In this document: piece after piece, positions 1 through 11,540 of the stretch
How the letters are laid out: every line of letters starts with the position of its first letter
How positions within the stretch are numbered: position 1 is the first letter of the stretch
Assembly (NCBI RefSeq): GCF_032444005.1
Contig: NC_091285.1
Span: 248,806,001 to 248,870,000 of the forward strand
Length of the DNA: 64,000 nucleotides
Direction of reading: 5' to 3'
DNA from: Ranitomeya imitator
Taxonomy: Eukaryota
Notes under the pieces: model-generated
The model's input: only the letters and a program-made list of their open reading frames with translations
What the model was told of the DNA's origin: nothing
Databases searched by the model: none
Made by a program: the position numbers and the translations under genes

Positions 1-230
1 ATCAGACAGCTCAGTGTTGGGCTAGAGGAGAGACAGATGTGCTGCTGCATAGTTTACTTAGTGATCGGAAAGGGCATTGTGTCACAATTCTCCTCATTCA
101 TAGGAAGCTTTCTCCAGACTATAAGATGTACATTTTTTAGCAAGACTTTTTCTTCATAAAACAAAAAAATACGATAGTTTACAATACAATCTCAGCGCAA
201 TAAAAGACTACAGTAACCATGGTCACATAC

Positions 231-312
231 CCAGAATTTTCTTCCAGTTTCATGAAAGTTCTTATAACTTCTGGAAGTTCATATTTTACTATAAATAAAT
301 AACTTGACATTG
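231..312 (-). CDS. slc38a4: slc38a4 coding exon (82 nt; AMSSYLFIVKYELPEVIRTFMKLEENSG)
   Basis: Minus strand ttttttcag|CAATGTCAAG...TCTGG|GTATGT. The frame continues from the 2804-2896 exon and the peptide matches SNAT4 as I recall it (AMSSYLFIIKYELPEVIRAFMGLEE). The gene continues beyond position 1. Confidence 0.95.
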
Positions 313-391
313 CTGAAAAAACAAAGTAAAACAAAGATGAAATAAGCAAGCTGTTATATCATCTATAGTTCTTCCATAGTTACTATCTTAA

Positions 392-1171
392 AGGGGTTGT
401 TCGGTCTATTGCTGAAAGTCTGCAGTCACTATGCGTGACTGCAGACGTCTGAATAATCAGTGTGCATGGTGAGTACTACTTAGTTTTTAGCAGAAGAAAG
501 GACAAATCTTCTAAAGGAGACTTATCAACAGGGTATAATCTCTTTAGAACAGTTGTTCATGCACTAGTATATTATGCAGAACTATTGGGAATCTTTAATA
601 TCTTTTTTTCCAAAGCAGATAGGGGATAATTTGCTGATCATCAGTGGGGTCTGATCCCAGCAATCCTGAGATCAGTGATCTGGAACCCAGAGAATAGGGC
701 TCGGCAGTCCTGTCTTGAATGGAGCAGAGGTCGTCACACTCAGCCTCGTCCCCATCGTGATGCATTTTGCAATGTTTAATATTTCCGCCATATCGATTTA
801 CATGTCATCACTCAATTCAGAGGAAATGCTTGTCCACTTCTGCAACATTCCAAGGCCATGCATTCCAATTTCCGTAATTGGTGGAAACCCTGTGATCAGA
901 TCCTCGCCGTTCAAATAAAGTTTGTCTGGATAATTTCATTGATATTCCATATATGTTATTGATAAAAAAAAAAAACCTGTTTCACTTTTCAGAATTAGAA
1001 AAACATGCTGTTTTCTTCTAAAGACCGCGACACTTGTACCCATAGGATTTGCTTCATATAGCAATCTACATGCAGATGTTGCTGGATGTTATATCAAACA
1101 CAATGAGTGGATAGGTATTACACTGTTATGGAAGAAAGCAGCCATGTTTTTTTCAATCCTGGACAACTCCT
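392..1171. mobile_element. Kolobok/T2-type MITE ends (possibly a mosaic interior)
   Basis: TTAA|AGGGGTTGTTC at 388-402 and GGACAACTCCT|TTAA at 1161-1175 form inverted termini with TTAA flanks. Whether both ends belong to one insertion was not verified. Confidence 0.5.
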
Positions 1172-1429
1172 TTAAATACATGAACAGCTCAATAGCTAGC
1201 AAGTCAGATGTGTGGGTGCATAAAATGTTAACAATTGTCTATAAAATATTATAACAATTAACCAAATATTGCGAGCAATGTAGCATTTAGCATCTGTTGA
1301 TGTCAGTTTTATGAAAGCCAGAAGTCAACAAAGAAATGGCAGATAAACTCGTATAATCACATACAATATTGTAAAGTCTATTATTTCATCTTTCTTTTAC
1401 ATTTTTGTGGTTAATCTATATTACTTTAA

Positions 1430-1864
1430 GGGTAAGTTCACAACGGGCTTTTTTTTCTGCCACAAGACCAGATCTCTTGGCAGGAAAGAAGCTGCAGAAA
1501 AAAGCAGGTTTTCCTTGTTTTTTTTGGCTGTTTTTTTATTCCAAAGAATAAGGTTCTGGCACAAAAAACGCTGCAAAAAATGATACCTGTACTTTTGATG
1601 CATTTTTTCAGTGTTTTTCAACCACCCATTTAAGTCAATGGGTGAAAAACAGTGAAAAAACTCTGAAAAAATTGCTGAACGAAACGACATGCTCTATGTC
1701 CAAAAAAGCATGCAAAACACAAAATACTGATGACAAAAAAACAATACGTGTGCATGAGATTTTTGAAATCTTATAGGCATAGCTGGTACTGTAAAACACG
1801 GCTGCAAATTAGCATAAAAAAAGCAGCGAAAAAAGCAGCAACAAAGCCCAGTGTGAACTTAGCC
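1430..1864. mobile_element. PIF/Harbinger-type MITE
   Basis: TAA|GGGTAAGTTCACA...TGTGAACTTAGCC|TAA: 13-bp TIR with 1 mismatch and a 3-bp TAA TSD. Confidence 0.8.
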
Positions 1865-2803
1865 TAAGAGACAAGACATTTAAATCGCAAGTGTGAAAAA
1901 TTGTCTGTGCCTCTGAGGAAAAATCCAAGTAAAGAAAGGTGATGAAGAATCCATGAGAAATGTCTTTAGGAGAATTTTAATAGACTCGATTCATGTTTAT
2001 CTCTCTTTACTGTGATGTTACTCTTTTCTGAGCATTCACAAATTTCCCATGAGGTCAGGTTGCTATAAGCTTAGGATTTACCACATAAGGAGTTGTATGC
2101 TGTGTTTACTTTAAAGCAGAGGAAAAAAATTAATATATGACTAGGAAGAGATAGTTTAAGTTTTTGTCCTGTGATAGAAAAGATAAATGAATTATGCCGA
2201 GAATCTAAAAATAAGAACTGACAGATGTGTCAGAGATCCATAAGAGAAACAGAGGAGGTAGTATACTGCTAGCCATTCAGGATGCCCTCACTCAAAAGTA
2301 AAAGACCTGCGCCAAGAGACATTTTAATATTGCTGCCTTCTTATGTTAAAAAAGCATTTTAGAACTCATAGGTAAAAAGAGGCAGGTATCTATGAACTTC
2401 CTGCTGCCTTGGACCTTGCAATCAGAATGGTTTTTGCATCAACAAATCTTATTTTTATTAACACCAGGAAAAAAAGCAAGGTTTCGGCCATGCAAGGCCT
2501 TTGTCAAGCCAAGAAAAGAAAGTGCACATTAAAATAACACAAGATTGGAAGTGTTTATAATATAGCAATACTTCCAGTCTTGTGTGATTTCACTATGCAC
2601 TTTCTATTCTTGACTTGAAAAAGGCCCTGCACGGCTGAAACTTTGCTTTTTTTCTTGTGTGCACACTGCTGTCAATAAAAATAATCTTTGCGGAAGGAAG
2701 GTACCCGGTGACTTGGATTCTTGGATTAGATGCAATTTTTACAACCTAGTGGAGCGGCTGTACCAAATCTGCACAGGACACAGAAATGTGATTATGAACT
2801 CAC

Positions 2804-2896
2804 CCCCTATGTTCTGCATTGTGATGGATATGAAAGCAGCAAGTTTTCCAGGCCATCCAAAAGCTTTTTCACCCAATTTTTCATAAATTAATGAAC
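2804..2896 (-). CDS. slc38a4: slc38a4 coding exon (93 nt; GSLIYEKLGEKAFGWPGKLAAFISITMQNIG)
   Basis: tttttttaacag|GTTCATTA...ATAGGGG|GTGAGT; near-identical to the SNAT4 segment GSLIYEKLGEKAFGWPGKIGAFVSITMQNIG. Confidence 0.97.
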
Positions 2897-2975
2897 CTGT
2901 TAAAAAAAAAAATTACCTTTTTTGAGACTATGAACATGTGAGACCACAAATGGGCACTAATGCAATGTTGAATTA

Positions 2976-5040
2976 CAGCAGGTGAAAAAAGTATTGAACA
3001 AGTCACCAATAAATATACAGCTCTGGCAAAAATGTAGAGACCGCTGCTAAATGTTCAGTTTGTCTGATTTTTCTCTTTATAGATATATTTTTGAGTAAAA
3101 TGTAAATTGTTCATTTATTCTGTAAACTTCTGACAACATGTCTCCAGTGCTTTGAGACCTCAAATAATGCAAAGAAAACAAGTTCATAATCATTTAGAAA
3201 CAACAATACTAATGTTTTAACTCAGGAAGAGTTCAGAAATCACTATTTTGTGGAATAACCATGATTTTTAATCACAGCTGTCATGCGTCTTGGCATGCTT
3301 TCCACCAGTCTTTCACACTGCTCCTGGTGCAAAAATGTAAGCAGTTCTTCTTTGTTTGATGGCTTGTGACTATCCATCATCCTCTTGATTACATTCCAGA
3401 GCTTTTCAATGGGGTTCAGGTCTGGAGATTGGGCTGCCCATGATAGGATTTTGATGTGGTGGTCTCTGAATTTTTGCCAGAGCTGTATTTCTAAAGGTGT
3501 TGCTAACATGAAATTCTCAGCAGTTGTTGGAAACAACCCATCCAATCCACACAGGCAAAAAAAAATCAAACCATAGATGTCCAATAATTGTGTTATGTGT
3601 AATAATGAGAAATGAGACAGAGAAAAAGTATTGAACACACGAAGAAAGAGAGGTACAAAAAGACGTGGAAAGTCATGACACAATCTTAAATCTATTAGTA
3701 TTTAGAAAACAATCCTGCCACTTAGCAAAAAAAAATGATCAGTTAGTTCAACTGATTGCCTATAAAAAAAGGTGTCTCGTTACCATGGTGCCACATAAAA
3801 AACATCTCATGATGGGTAAAGCCAGTGTTGCATGTTCCTTATTGTTGCAAAACATACTGGTGGCATTGGTTACAGAAGAATTTCAAAACTACTGAAGGCT
3901 CCAGTGAGCATTGTTGAGGCCATACTCCGGAAGTAGAAAGAACATCATTTTACGATAAAACAGCCTCAAACAGAAGCTGCCCACAAGATTTCAGACAGAG
4001 GAGTGAAAAGAATTATCAGAAGAGTTGTCCAAGAGCCAAACGCCATGTGTGGGGAGCTACACAAAAACCTAGAATCAGCAGGGACAATAGTTTTAAAGAA
4101 ATCTACATTATAAGTAAGGCACTCAATCTCCATGGCCTGTATACACGCTCACCACGCAAGACTTAATTGCTGATCAAAATGCATGTTCAGGTGTGTTTAA
4201 CGTTTTCTCAACAACATTTAGACAAGCCTGTGAAATACTGGGAGAATACAGTCTGGTCAGATGAGACCAAAATTGAACTCTTTGGATGCCATAATGCACA
4301 CCCAAGTTTGGAGTCCAACAGGTACAGCACATCACACCAAAAACACCATACCAACAGTGAAGCTTGGAGTTGGGAACATCATGCCGTGCGGCTGATTTTC
4401 AGCATACAGAACTGGCAAACTTCATGTAATTGAATGAAGGATGAATGGACAAATGTACCAAAACATTCTTGATAAAAAATTTTGCTGCCATATACCAGGA
4501 TGATGAAGATTAAACTAGGGTGGATTATTCAAGAAGACAATGATCCCAAACACACAGCCAGGGAAACTATTGGTTTCAAGTAAAGGAAATAAAGCTGCTA
4601 GAATGGCCCAGCCAATCACCTGACCTGAATCCAATAGAAAGCTTATGGAAGACACTAAAGCTCAGAGTTCATGGATGAAGCAAACGGAATCTTCAGGATT
4701 TGCAAAGTATTTTTGTGGAAGAATGGGCCAAGAATACCACCTTGGAAGCAACTAGTTTCTCCAAACGGACGGTGTCTTGAAGCTGTGATCACCAACAAAG
4801 GATTTTGTACAGAGTATTAAATACATTTTAGGAAGCACATTCAATACTTTCTCCCCTGTGTCATTTCTCATTATTACACATAAATTAATTCATGGACAGC
4901 TAGGATTTGATTTCTTGCCTGTGTGGATTGGATGGGTTGTTATCGACATCTGGCGAGAATTTCATGTCAATAGCACCTTTAGAAATACTGTATATTTCCT
5001 TGGAAAATTGGTGATGTGTTCAATACTTATTTCATCTGCA
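2976..5040 (+). mobile_element. Degraded full-length Tc1 element (frameshifted transposase remnants about 3780-4820)
   Basis: TA|CAGCAGGTGAAAAAAGTATTGAACA at the left and TGTTCAATACTTATTTCATCTGCA|TA at the right, with inner direct repeats of the IR/DR type. Remnants include WSDETKIELFG and the QSPDLNPIE-coding segment near 4610-4640. Confidence 0.88.
3018..3485 (-). mobile_element. Short non-autonomous Tc1 deletion derivative nested in the left IR of the 2976-5040 Tc1
   Basis: TA|CAGCTCTGGCAAAAAT...ATTTTTGCCAGAGCTG|TA. It retains only the C-terminal transposase coding ([20 protein letters not shown]...KNHGYSTK). Same family as 62551-63087. Confidence 0.92.
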
Positions 5041-5232
5041 TATTTCCACTATTATTTTGAAACTGGTATACAGTCTCAATTCTGATTAAAATATGTTGAT
5101 CAACATATGAATATATTGGAGGTATCATGGCAGGAACACAAGAAATAAACTACCCCAACTTGGAGTAGGCGTAAAATTACATTACAATTGCATGCTTTCA
5201 TTAGATAGCTGTACAAATATAAGTTGCCTTAC

Positions 5233-5306
5233 CTCCTTCCTTTGCTGTCTTTAATAGAAGATGCACAGAATACAGTGATAAAATGGCAACAGCAAGCAGA
5301 AGAACC
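5233..5306 (-). CDS. slc38a4: slc38a4 coding exon (74 nt; VLLLAVAILSLYSVHLLLKTAKEG)
   Basis: ctgttaccttcag|GGTTCTTC...GAAGGAG|GTAAGG; matches SNAT4 MLLAVAILSLYSVHLLLKTAKEG and the phases fit both neighbouring exons. Confidence 0.97.
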
Positions 5307-6031
5307 CTGAAGGTAACAGAACGCATGTTTTGTTTGTCACATTTTATGTAAGATTTAGCATTTTAGAAGCTTTAAAGAAAAAAATAATAATGAAAAGAAA
5401 TGTACTATGTCTGCTCTATGTTGACAAGTGCCAGCATTGTTTTATCCAACTGAATGGTATTTTACAGAAATCCATAGACAGGCTGCAGAAACAACCCAAT
5501 TCAGGTGGATGGAAATAAAATGAATGTGCCACAAATATGCCACTCATGTACTCGCTTGATTGCTCAAAATTCAACTTAAAAAGGGTATTACAATTTTAGA
5601 CCTTTATTGCATATCCACAGTATTTAAAGTTTACACTAAAACAGGTATTATCTGATGCCTGTCCTATCTGGTATGGTGTCTGTTGTCTGGAAAATTGAGG
5701 TGGACAGTAAAAGAGAAGATGGCCATGCATGTGTGGGGCTCTCGGAATTTACCTCATGTAATAAGCAAACATGCTTGCTTGGCTCACTCCCATATGCAGT
5801 GATTGGTAGCTCTTCCTGTGACAAAACGATATAGTCTTGAGCTCAGTGTCTATCCTCTGTGATAGTCCTCAGGAGTACAGATGGGGGAGAGCAGGGCATG
5901 TGCCCTTGGAGGTAGGTACCAGGAATCATCTTTGCTTGTTAGTACCTTTCCTGGTCAGGTTATTTAGTTACAGGGCCAGGTTAGGGTACTCAACATTTGC
6001 CTCAGGTGAGGGAAAACATATCTCTCAATGG

Positions 6032-6341
6032 TCCAAAAGAGATATTCTCCAGCACCAAAGGAAAGTAGTTAAAACCTAACCTTTAATCATACAGGATAAA
6101 ACATTGGGAGAATGTACCTACATTAAAAAAGAAACCTCACAATGCTAATGCGTTTTTGGTAGAAAAACCCTTCATCATAGCTATGATCAGCTATAATTAA
6201 GGGTTTTTCTACATGAAACGCATTAGCATTATGGGTTTTCTTTTTAAATATGTATACATTATCTCAATTTTTTTAATCTTATATCATAAAAGGCTAAGTT
6301 TTAACTACTTTACTTTGGTGCTGGAGAATATCCCTTTTGGA
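6032..6341. repeat. About 310-bp imperfect palindrome (foldback, probably an old MITE)
   Basis: Arm TCCAAAAGAGATATTCTCCAGCACCAAAG...AAAACC pairs with ...GTTTTAACTACTTTACTTTGGTGCTGGAGAATATCCCTTTTGGA; pairing continues inward through AATGCTAATGCGTTT/AAACGCATTAGCATT to about 6175-6205. Confidence 0.8.
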
Positions 6342-7184
6342 TCACTGATAACTATTTGACCTGGAAGCCAGACAAGCGCATACTCCATGGACCACAACCA
6401 GACCACAGCTTGTCTCTCCTGAAAGTTTCCTGGGATACTTATCCCTCACACAGGAGTGGTGAGCTAAATTGACACGTTTTATACATATCGTATTTTTCTG
6501 ACCATAAGACGCACTTTTTTCCTCCAACTTTGAGAGGAAAGTGTGGGTGCTGTTATGAAAGGCAATTCAGTACCACAATGGACATAGCGGACAGAGCACA
6601 TACAGTGATCTGACAATAACCCAAAATCATAGAACGAGCTCTGAGACGTGGGAACTCTGCAGACCGCAATCCCTAATCCTCTCCAAACAACACTAGAGGC
6701 AGCCGTGGATTGCGCCTAAGTCTGCCTATGCAACTCGGCACAGCCTGAGAAACTAACTAGCCTGAAGATAGAAAATAAGCCTACCTTGCCTCAGAGAAAT
6801 ACCCCAAAGGAAAAGGCAGCCCCCCACATATAATGACTGTGAGTTAAGATGAAAAGACAAACGTAGAGATGAAATAGATTCAGCAAAGTGAGGCCCGACT
6901 TTCTTAACAGAGCGAGGATAGAAAAGGTAACTTTGCGGTCTACACAAAACCCTAAAGAAAACCACGCAAAGGGGGCAAAAAGACCCTCCGTACCGAACTA
7001 ACGGCACGGAGGTACACCCTTTGCGTCCCAGAGCTTCCAGCAACAAATTAGACAAGCTGGACAGAAAAAATAGCAAACAAATAGCAATGAAGAACTTAGC
7101 TATGCAGAGCAGCAGGCCACAGGAATGATCCAGGGAAAAGCAAGTCCAACACTGGAACATTGACAGGAAGCCAGGATCAAAGCA

Positions 7185-10100
7185 TTAGGTGGAGTTAAGT
7201 AGAGAAGCACCTAACGACCTCACCAGATCACCTGAGGGAGGAAACTCAGAAGCCGCAGTACCACTTCCCTCCACCAACAGAAGCTCACAGAGAGAATCAG
7301 CCGAAGTAACACTTGTGACCACAGGAGGGAGCTCTGCCACAGAATTCACAACAGTACCCCCCCCTTGAGGAGGGGTCACCGAACCCTCACCAGAGCCCCC
7401 AGGCCGACCAGGATGAGCCACATGAAAGGCACAAACAAGATCGGGAGCATGGACATCAGAGGCAAAAACCCAGGAATTATCTTCCTGAGCATAACCCTTC
7501 CATTTAACCAGATACTGGAGTTTCCGTCTAGAAACACGAGAATCCAAAATCTTCTCCACAATATACTCCAATTCCCCTTCCACCAAAACCGGGGCAGGAG
7601 GATCAACAGATGGAACCATAGGTGCCACGTATCTCCGCAACAATGACCTATGGAATACGTTATGTATGGAAAAAGAATCTGGAAGGGTCAGACGAAAAGA
7701 CACAGGATTAAGAACCTCAGAAATCCTATACGGACCAATGAAACGAGGTTTAAACTTAGGAGAGGAAACCTTCATAGGAATATGACGAGAAGATAACCAA
7801 ACCAGATCCCCAACACGAAGTCGGGGACCCACACGGCGTCTGCGATTAGCGAAACGTTGAGCCTTCTCCTGGGACAAGGCCAAATTGTCCACTACATGAG
7901 TCCAAATCTGCTGCAACCTGTCCACCACAGTATCCACACCAGGACAGTCCGAAGACTCAACCTGTCCTGAAGAGAAACGAGGATGGAACCCAGAATTGCA
8001 GAAAAATGGCGAAACCAAGGTAGCCGAGCTGGCCCGATTATTATGGGCGAACTCAGCCAAAGGCAAAAAGGACACCCAGTCATCCTGATCGGCAGAAACA
8101 AAGCATCTCAGATATGTTTCCAAGGTCTGATTGGTTCGTTCGGTCTGGCCATTAGTCTGAGGATGGAAAGCCGAGGAAAAAGACAAGTCAATGCCCATCC
8201 TACCACAAAAGGCTCGCCAAAACCTTGAAACAAACTGTGAACCTCTGTCAGAAACGATATTCTCTGGAATGCCATGTAAACGAACCACATGCTGGAAGAA
8301 CAATGGCACCAAATCAGAGGAGGAAGGCAATTTAGACAAGGGTACCAGATGGACCATCTTAGAAAAGCGATCACAGACCACCCAAATGACTGACATCTTT
8401 TGAGAAACGGGAAGATCAGAAATAAGATCCATAGAGATATGTGTCCAAGGCCTCTTCGGGACCGGCAAGGGCAAAAGCAACCCACTGGCATGAGAACAGC
8501 AAGGCTTAGCCCTAGCACAAATCCCACAGGACTGCACAAAAGCACGCACATCCCGCGACAGAGACGGCCACCAAAAGGATCTAGCCACTAACTCTCTGGT
8601 ATCAAAGATTCCAGGATGACCAGCCAACACCGAACAATAAACCTCAGAGATAACTTTATTGGTCCACCTATCAGGGACAAACAGTCTCTCCGCTGGACAA
8701 CGATCAGGTTTATTAGCCTGAAATTTTTGCAGCACCCGCCGCAAATCAGGGGAGATGGCAGACACAATTACTCCTTCCTTGAGGATACCCGCCGGCTCAG
8801 ACAAACCCGGAGAGTCGGGCACAAAACTCCTAGACAGAGCATCCGCCTTCACATTTTTAGAGCCCGGAAGGTACGAAATCACAAAGTCAAAACGGGCAAA
8901 AAACAGCGACCAACGAGCCTGTCTAGGATTCAACCGTTTAGCAGATTCAAGATAAGTCAAGTTCTTATGATCAGTCAATACCACCACGCGATGCTTAGCT
9001 CCTTCAAGCCAATGACGCCACTCCTCGAATGCCCACTTCATGGCCAGCAACTCTCGGTTGCCCACATCATAATTTCGCTCAGCAGGCGAAAACTTCCTGG
9101 AAAAAAAAGCGCATGGTTTCATCACTGAGCAATCAGAACCTCTCTGCGACAAAACAGCCCCTGCTCCAATCTCAGAAGCATCAACCTCGACCTGGAACGG
9201 AAGAGAAACATCTGGTTGACACAACACAGGGGCAGAAGAAAAACGACGCTTCAACTCTTGAAAAGCTTCCACAGCAGCAGGAGACCAATTGACCAAATCA
9301 GCACCCTTCTTGGTCAAATCGGTCAATGGTTTGGCAATACTAGAAAAATTGCAGATGAAGCGACGATAAAAATTAGCAAAGCCCAGGAACTTTTGCAGAC
9401 TTTTCAGAGATGTCGGCTGAGTCCAATCATGGATGGCTTGGACCTTAACAGGATCCATCTCGATAGTAGAAGGGGAAAAGATGAACCCCAAAAATGAAAC
9501 CTTCTGCACACCAAAGAGACACTTTGATCCCTTCACAAACAAAGAACTACCACGCAGGACCTGAAAAACTGTTCTGACCTGCTTCACATGAGACTCCCAA
9601 TCATCCGAGAAGATCAAAATGTCATCCAAGTACACAATCAGGAATTTATCCAGGTACTCTCGGAAGATGTCATGCATAAAGGACTGAAACACTGATGGAG
9701 CATTGGCAAGTCCGAATGGCATCACTAGATACTCAAAATGACCCTCGGGCATATTAAATGCAGTTTTCCATTCATCTCCTCGCCTGATTCGCACCAGATT
9801 ATACGCACCACGAAGATCTATCTTGGTGAACCAACTAGCCCCCTTAATCCGAGCAAACAAATCAGATAACAATGGCAAGGGGTACTGAAATTTAACCGTG
9901 ATCTTATTTAGAAGGCGGTAATCTATACAAGGTCTCAGCGAACCATCCTTCTTGGCTACAAAAAAGAACTCTGCTCCTAATGGTGACGATGACGGGCGAA
10001 TATGTCCCTTCTCCAGGGATTCCTTCACATAACTGCGCATAGTGGCGTGCTCAGGCACGGATAAATTAAACAGTCGACCTTTTGGGAATTTACTACCAGG

Positions 10101-11402
10101 AATCAAATTGATAGCACAATCACAATCCCTATGCGGAGGTAGGGCATCGGACTTGGGCTCATCAAATACATCCCGGTAATCAGACAAGAACTCTGGAACC
10201 TCAGAAGGGGTGGATGACGAAATTGACAGAAATGGAACATCACCATGTACCCCCTGACAACCCCAGCTGGACACCGACATGGATTTCCAATCTAATACTG
10301 GATTATGGGCTTGTAGCCATGGCAACCCCAACACGACCACATCATGCAGATTATGCAACACCAGAAAGCGAATAACCTCCTGATGTGCCGGAGCCATGCA
10401 CATGGTCAGCTGGGTCCAGTATTGAGGCTTATTCTTGGCCAAAGGCGTGGCATCAATTCCTCTCAATGGAATAGGACACTGCAAGGGCTCTAAGAGAAAC
10501 CCACAACGCATAGCATACTCCAAGTCCATCAAATTCAAGGCAGCGCCTGAATCCACAAATGCCATGACAGAATACGATGACAAAGAGCAGATCAAGGTAA
10601 CGGACAGAAGAAATTTTGACTGTACCGTACCAATGGTGGCAGACCTAGCGAACCGCTTAGTGCGCTTAGGACAATCAGAGATAGCATGAGTGGAGTCACC
10701 ACAGTAGAAACACAGCCCATTCAGACGTCTGTGTTCTTGCCGTTCAACTCTGGTCAAAGTCCTATCGCACTGCATAGGCTCAGGTTTAAGCTCAGGTAAT
10801 ACCGCCAAATGGTGCACAGATTTACGCTCACGCAAGCGTCGACCGATCTGAATGGCCAAAGACATAGACTCATTCAAACCAGCAGGCATAGGAAATCCCA
10901 CCATGACATCCTTAAGGGCTTCAGAGAGACCCTTTCTGAAAATAGCTGCCAGCGCAGATTGAGTGAGCACGGACCACTTTCTAAATTTCTGACAATATAC
11001 CTCTATCTCATCCTGACCCTGACAAAGAGCCAGCAAATTTTTCTCTGCCTGATCCACTGAATTAGGTTCATCATACAGCAATCCGAGCGCCAGGAAAAAC
11101 GCATCGATATTACTCAATGCAGGATCTCCTGGTGCAAGAGAAAATGCCCAGTCCTGAGGGTCGCCGCGCAAAAAAGAAATAACAATCAAAACCTGTTGAA
11201 CTGGATCACCAGAGGAGCGAGGTTTCAAGGCCAGAAATAATTTACAATTATTTTTGAAACTCAGAAACTTAGTTCTATCTCCAAAAAACCAATCAGGAAT
11301 AGGAATTCTTGGTTCTAACATAGCTTTCTGATCAATAGTGTCTTGAATCTTTTGTACTCTTGCCGAGAGCTGATCCACAAATGAAGACAGACTTCTAATG
11401 TC
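7185..11402 (-). CDS. Gag-Pol polyprotein of Gypsy-1 (Gag, CCHC knuckle, protease, RT, RNase H, integrase, chromodomain)
   Basis: Open frame 7185-11519, likely start MDIRSLSS at about 11402. Motifs: CFYCGDSTHAISDC, FVDSGA, YLDD, EVDAS/TDHKN/ADALSR, SMD..VSDRG..QTER, YLVKWKGY. It carries apparent lesions (integrase H to Y, GAG to GAE, short Gag deletion). Confidence 0.93.
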   Translation of the reverse strand, partial: DIRSLSSFVDQLSARVQKIQDTIDQKAMLEPRIPIPDWFFGDRTKFLSFKNNCKLFLALKPRSSGDPVQQVLIVISFLRGDPQDWAFSLAPGDPALSNIDAFFLALGLLYDEPNSVDQAEKNLLALCQGQDEIEVYCQKFRKWSVLTQSALAAIFRKGLSEALKDVMVGFPMPAGLNESMSLAIQIGRRLRERKSVHHLAVLPELKPEPMQCDRTLTRVERQEHRRLNGLCFYCGDSTHAISDCPKRTKRFARSATIGTVQSKFLLSVTLICSLSSYSVMAFVDSGAALNLMDLEYAMRCGFLLEPLQCPIPLRGIDATPLAKNKPQYWTQLTMCMAPAHQEVIRFLVLHNLHDVVVLGLPWLQAHNPVLDWKSMSVSSWGCQGVHGDVPFLSISSSTPSEVPEFLSDYRDVFDEPKSDALPPHRDCDCAINLIPGSKFPKGRLFNLSVPEHATMRSYVKESLEKGHIRPSSSPLGAEFFFVAKKDGSLRPCIDYRLLNKITVKFQYPLPLLSDLFARIKGASWFTKIDLRGAYNLVRIRRGDEWKTAFNMPEGHFEYLVMPFGLANAPSVFQSFMHDIFREYLDKFLIVYLDDILIFSDDWESHVKQVRTVFQVLRGSSLFVKGSKCLFGVQKVSFLGFIFSPSTIEMDPVKVQAIHDWTQPTSLKSLQKFLGFANFYRRFICNFSSIAKPLTDLTKKGADLVNWSPAAVEAFQELKRRFSSAPVLCQPDVSLPFQVEVDASEIGAGAVLSQRGSDCSVMKPCAFFSRKFSPAERNYDVGNRELLAMKWAFEEWRHWLEGAKHRVVVLTDHKNLTYLESAKRLNPRQARWSLFFARFDFVISYLPGSKNVKADALSRSFVPDSPGLSEPAGILKEGVIVSAISPDLRRVLQKFQANKPDRCPAERLFVPDRWTNKVISEVYCSVLAGHPGIFDTRELVARSFWWPSLSRDVRAFVQSCGICARAKPCCSHASGLLLPLPVPKRPWTHISMDLISDLPVSQKMSVIWVVCDRFSKMVHLVPLSKLPSSSDLVPLFFQHVVRLHGIPENIVSDRGSQFVSRFWRAFCGRMGIDLSFSSAFHPQTNGQTERTNQTLETYLRCFVSADQDDWVSFLPLAEFAHNNRASSATLVSPFFCNSGFHPRFSSGQVESSDCPGVDTVVDRLQQIWTHVVDNLALSQEKAQRFANRRRRVGPRLRVGDLVWLSSRHIPMKVSSPKFKPRFIGPYRISEVLNPVSFRLTLPDSFSIHNVFHRSLLRRYVAPMVPSVDPPAPVLVEGELEYIVEKILDSRVSRRKLQYLVKWKGYAQEDNSWVFASDVHAPDLVCAFHVAHPGRPGGSGEGSVTPPQGGGTVVNSVAELPPVVTSVTSADSLCELLLVEGSGTAASEFPPSGDLVRSLGASLLNST

Positions 11403-11530
11403 CATCGCTACACCTGTGTACTGAACCACCCAAATGTCTAGGGGGAAAAAAAGGCAAAACACAGTGCAAAGAAAAAAAAATGGTCTCAGAACTTCTTTTT
11501 TCCCTCTATTGAGAATCATTAGTACTTTTG

Positions 11531-11540
11531 GGCTTCCTGT
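11531..11540 (-). promoter_or_regulatory. Non-tRNA (self-priming) primer-binding site of Gypsy-1
   Basis: Element-sense GT-ACAGGAAGCC directly after the 5' LTR, with no TGG. It is complementary to GGCTTCCTGT at 12155-12164 in the LTR, 22 nt after a TACTTAA box. Confidence 0.8.

Noticed and set aside
6753-7160. 135-aa ORF in the Gypsy-1 LTR as a possible env or accessory gene
   Set aside because: It lies wholly inside the LTR and is truncated to 77 aa in the other LTR copy (11919-12152), with no counterpart in Gypsy-B.
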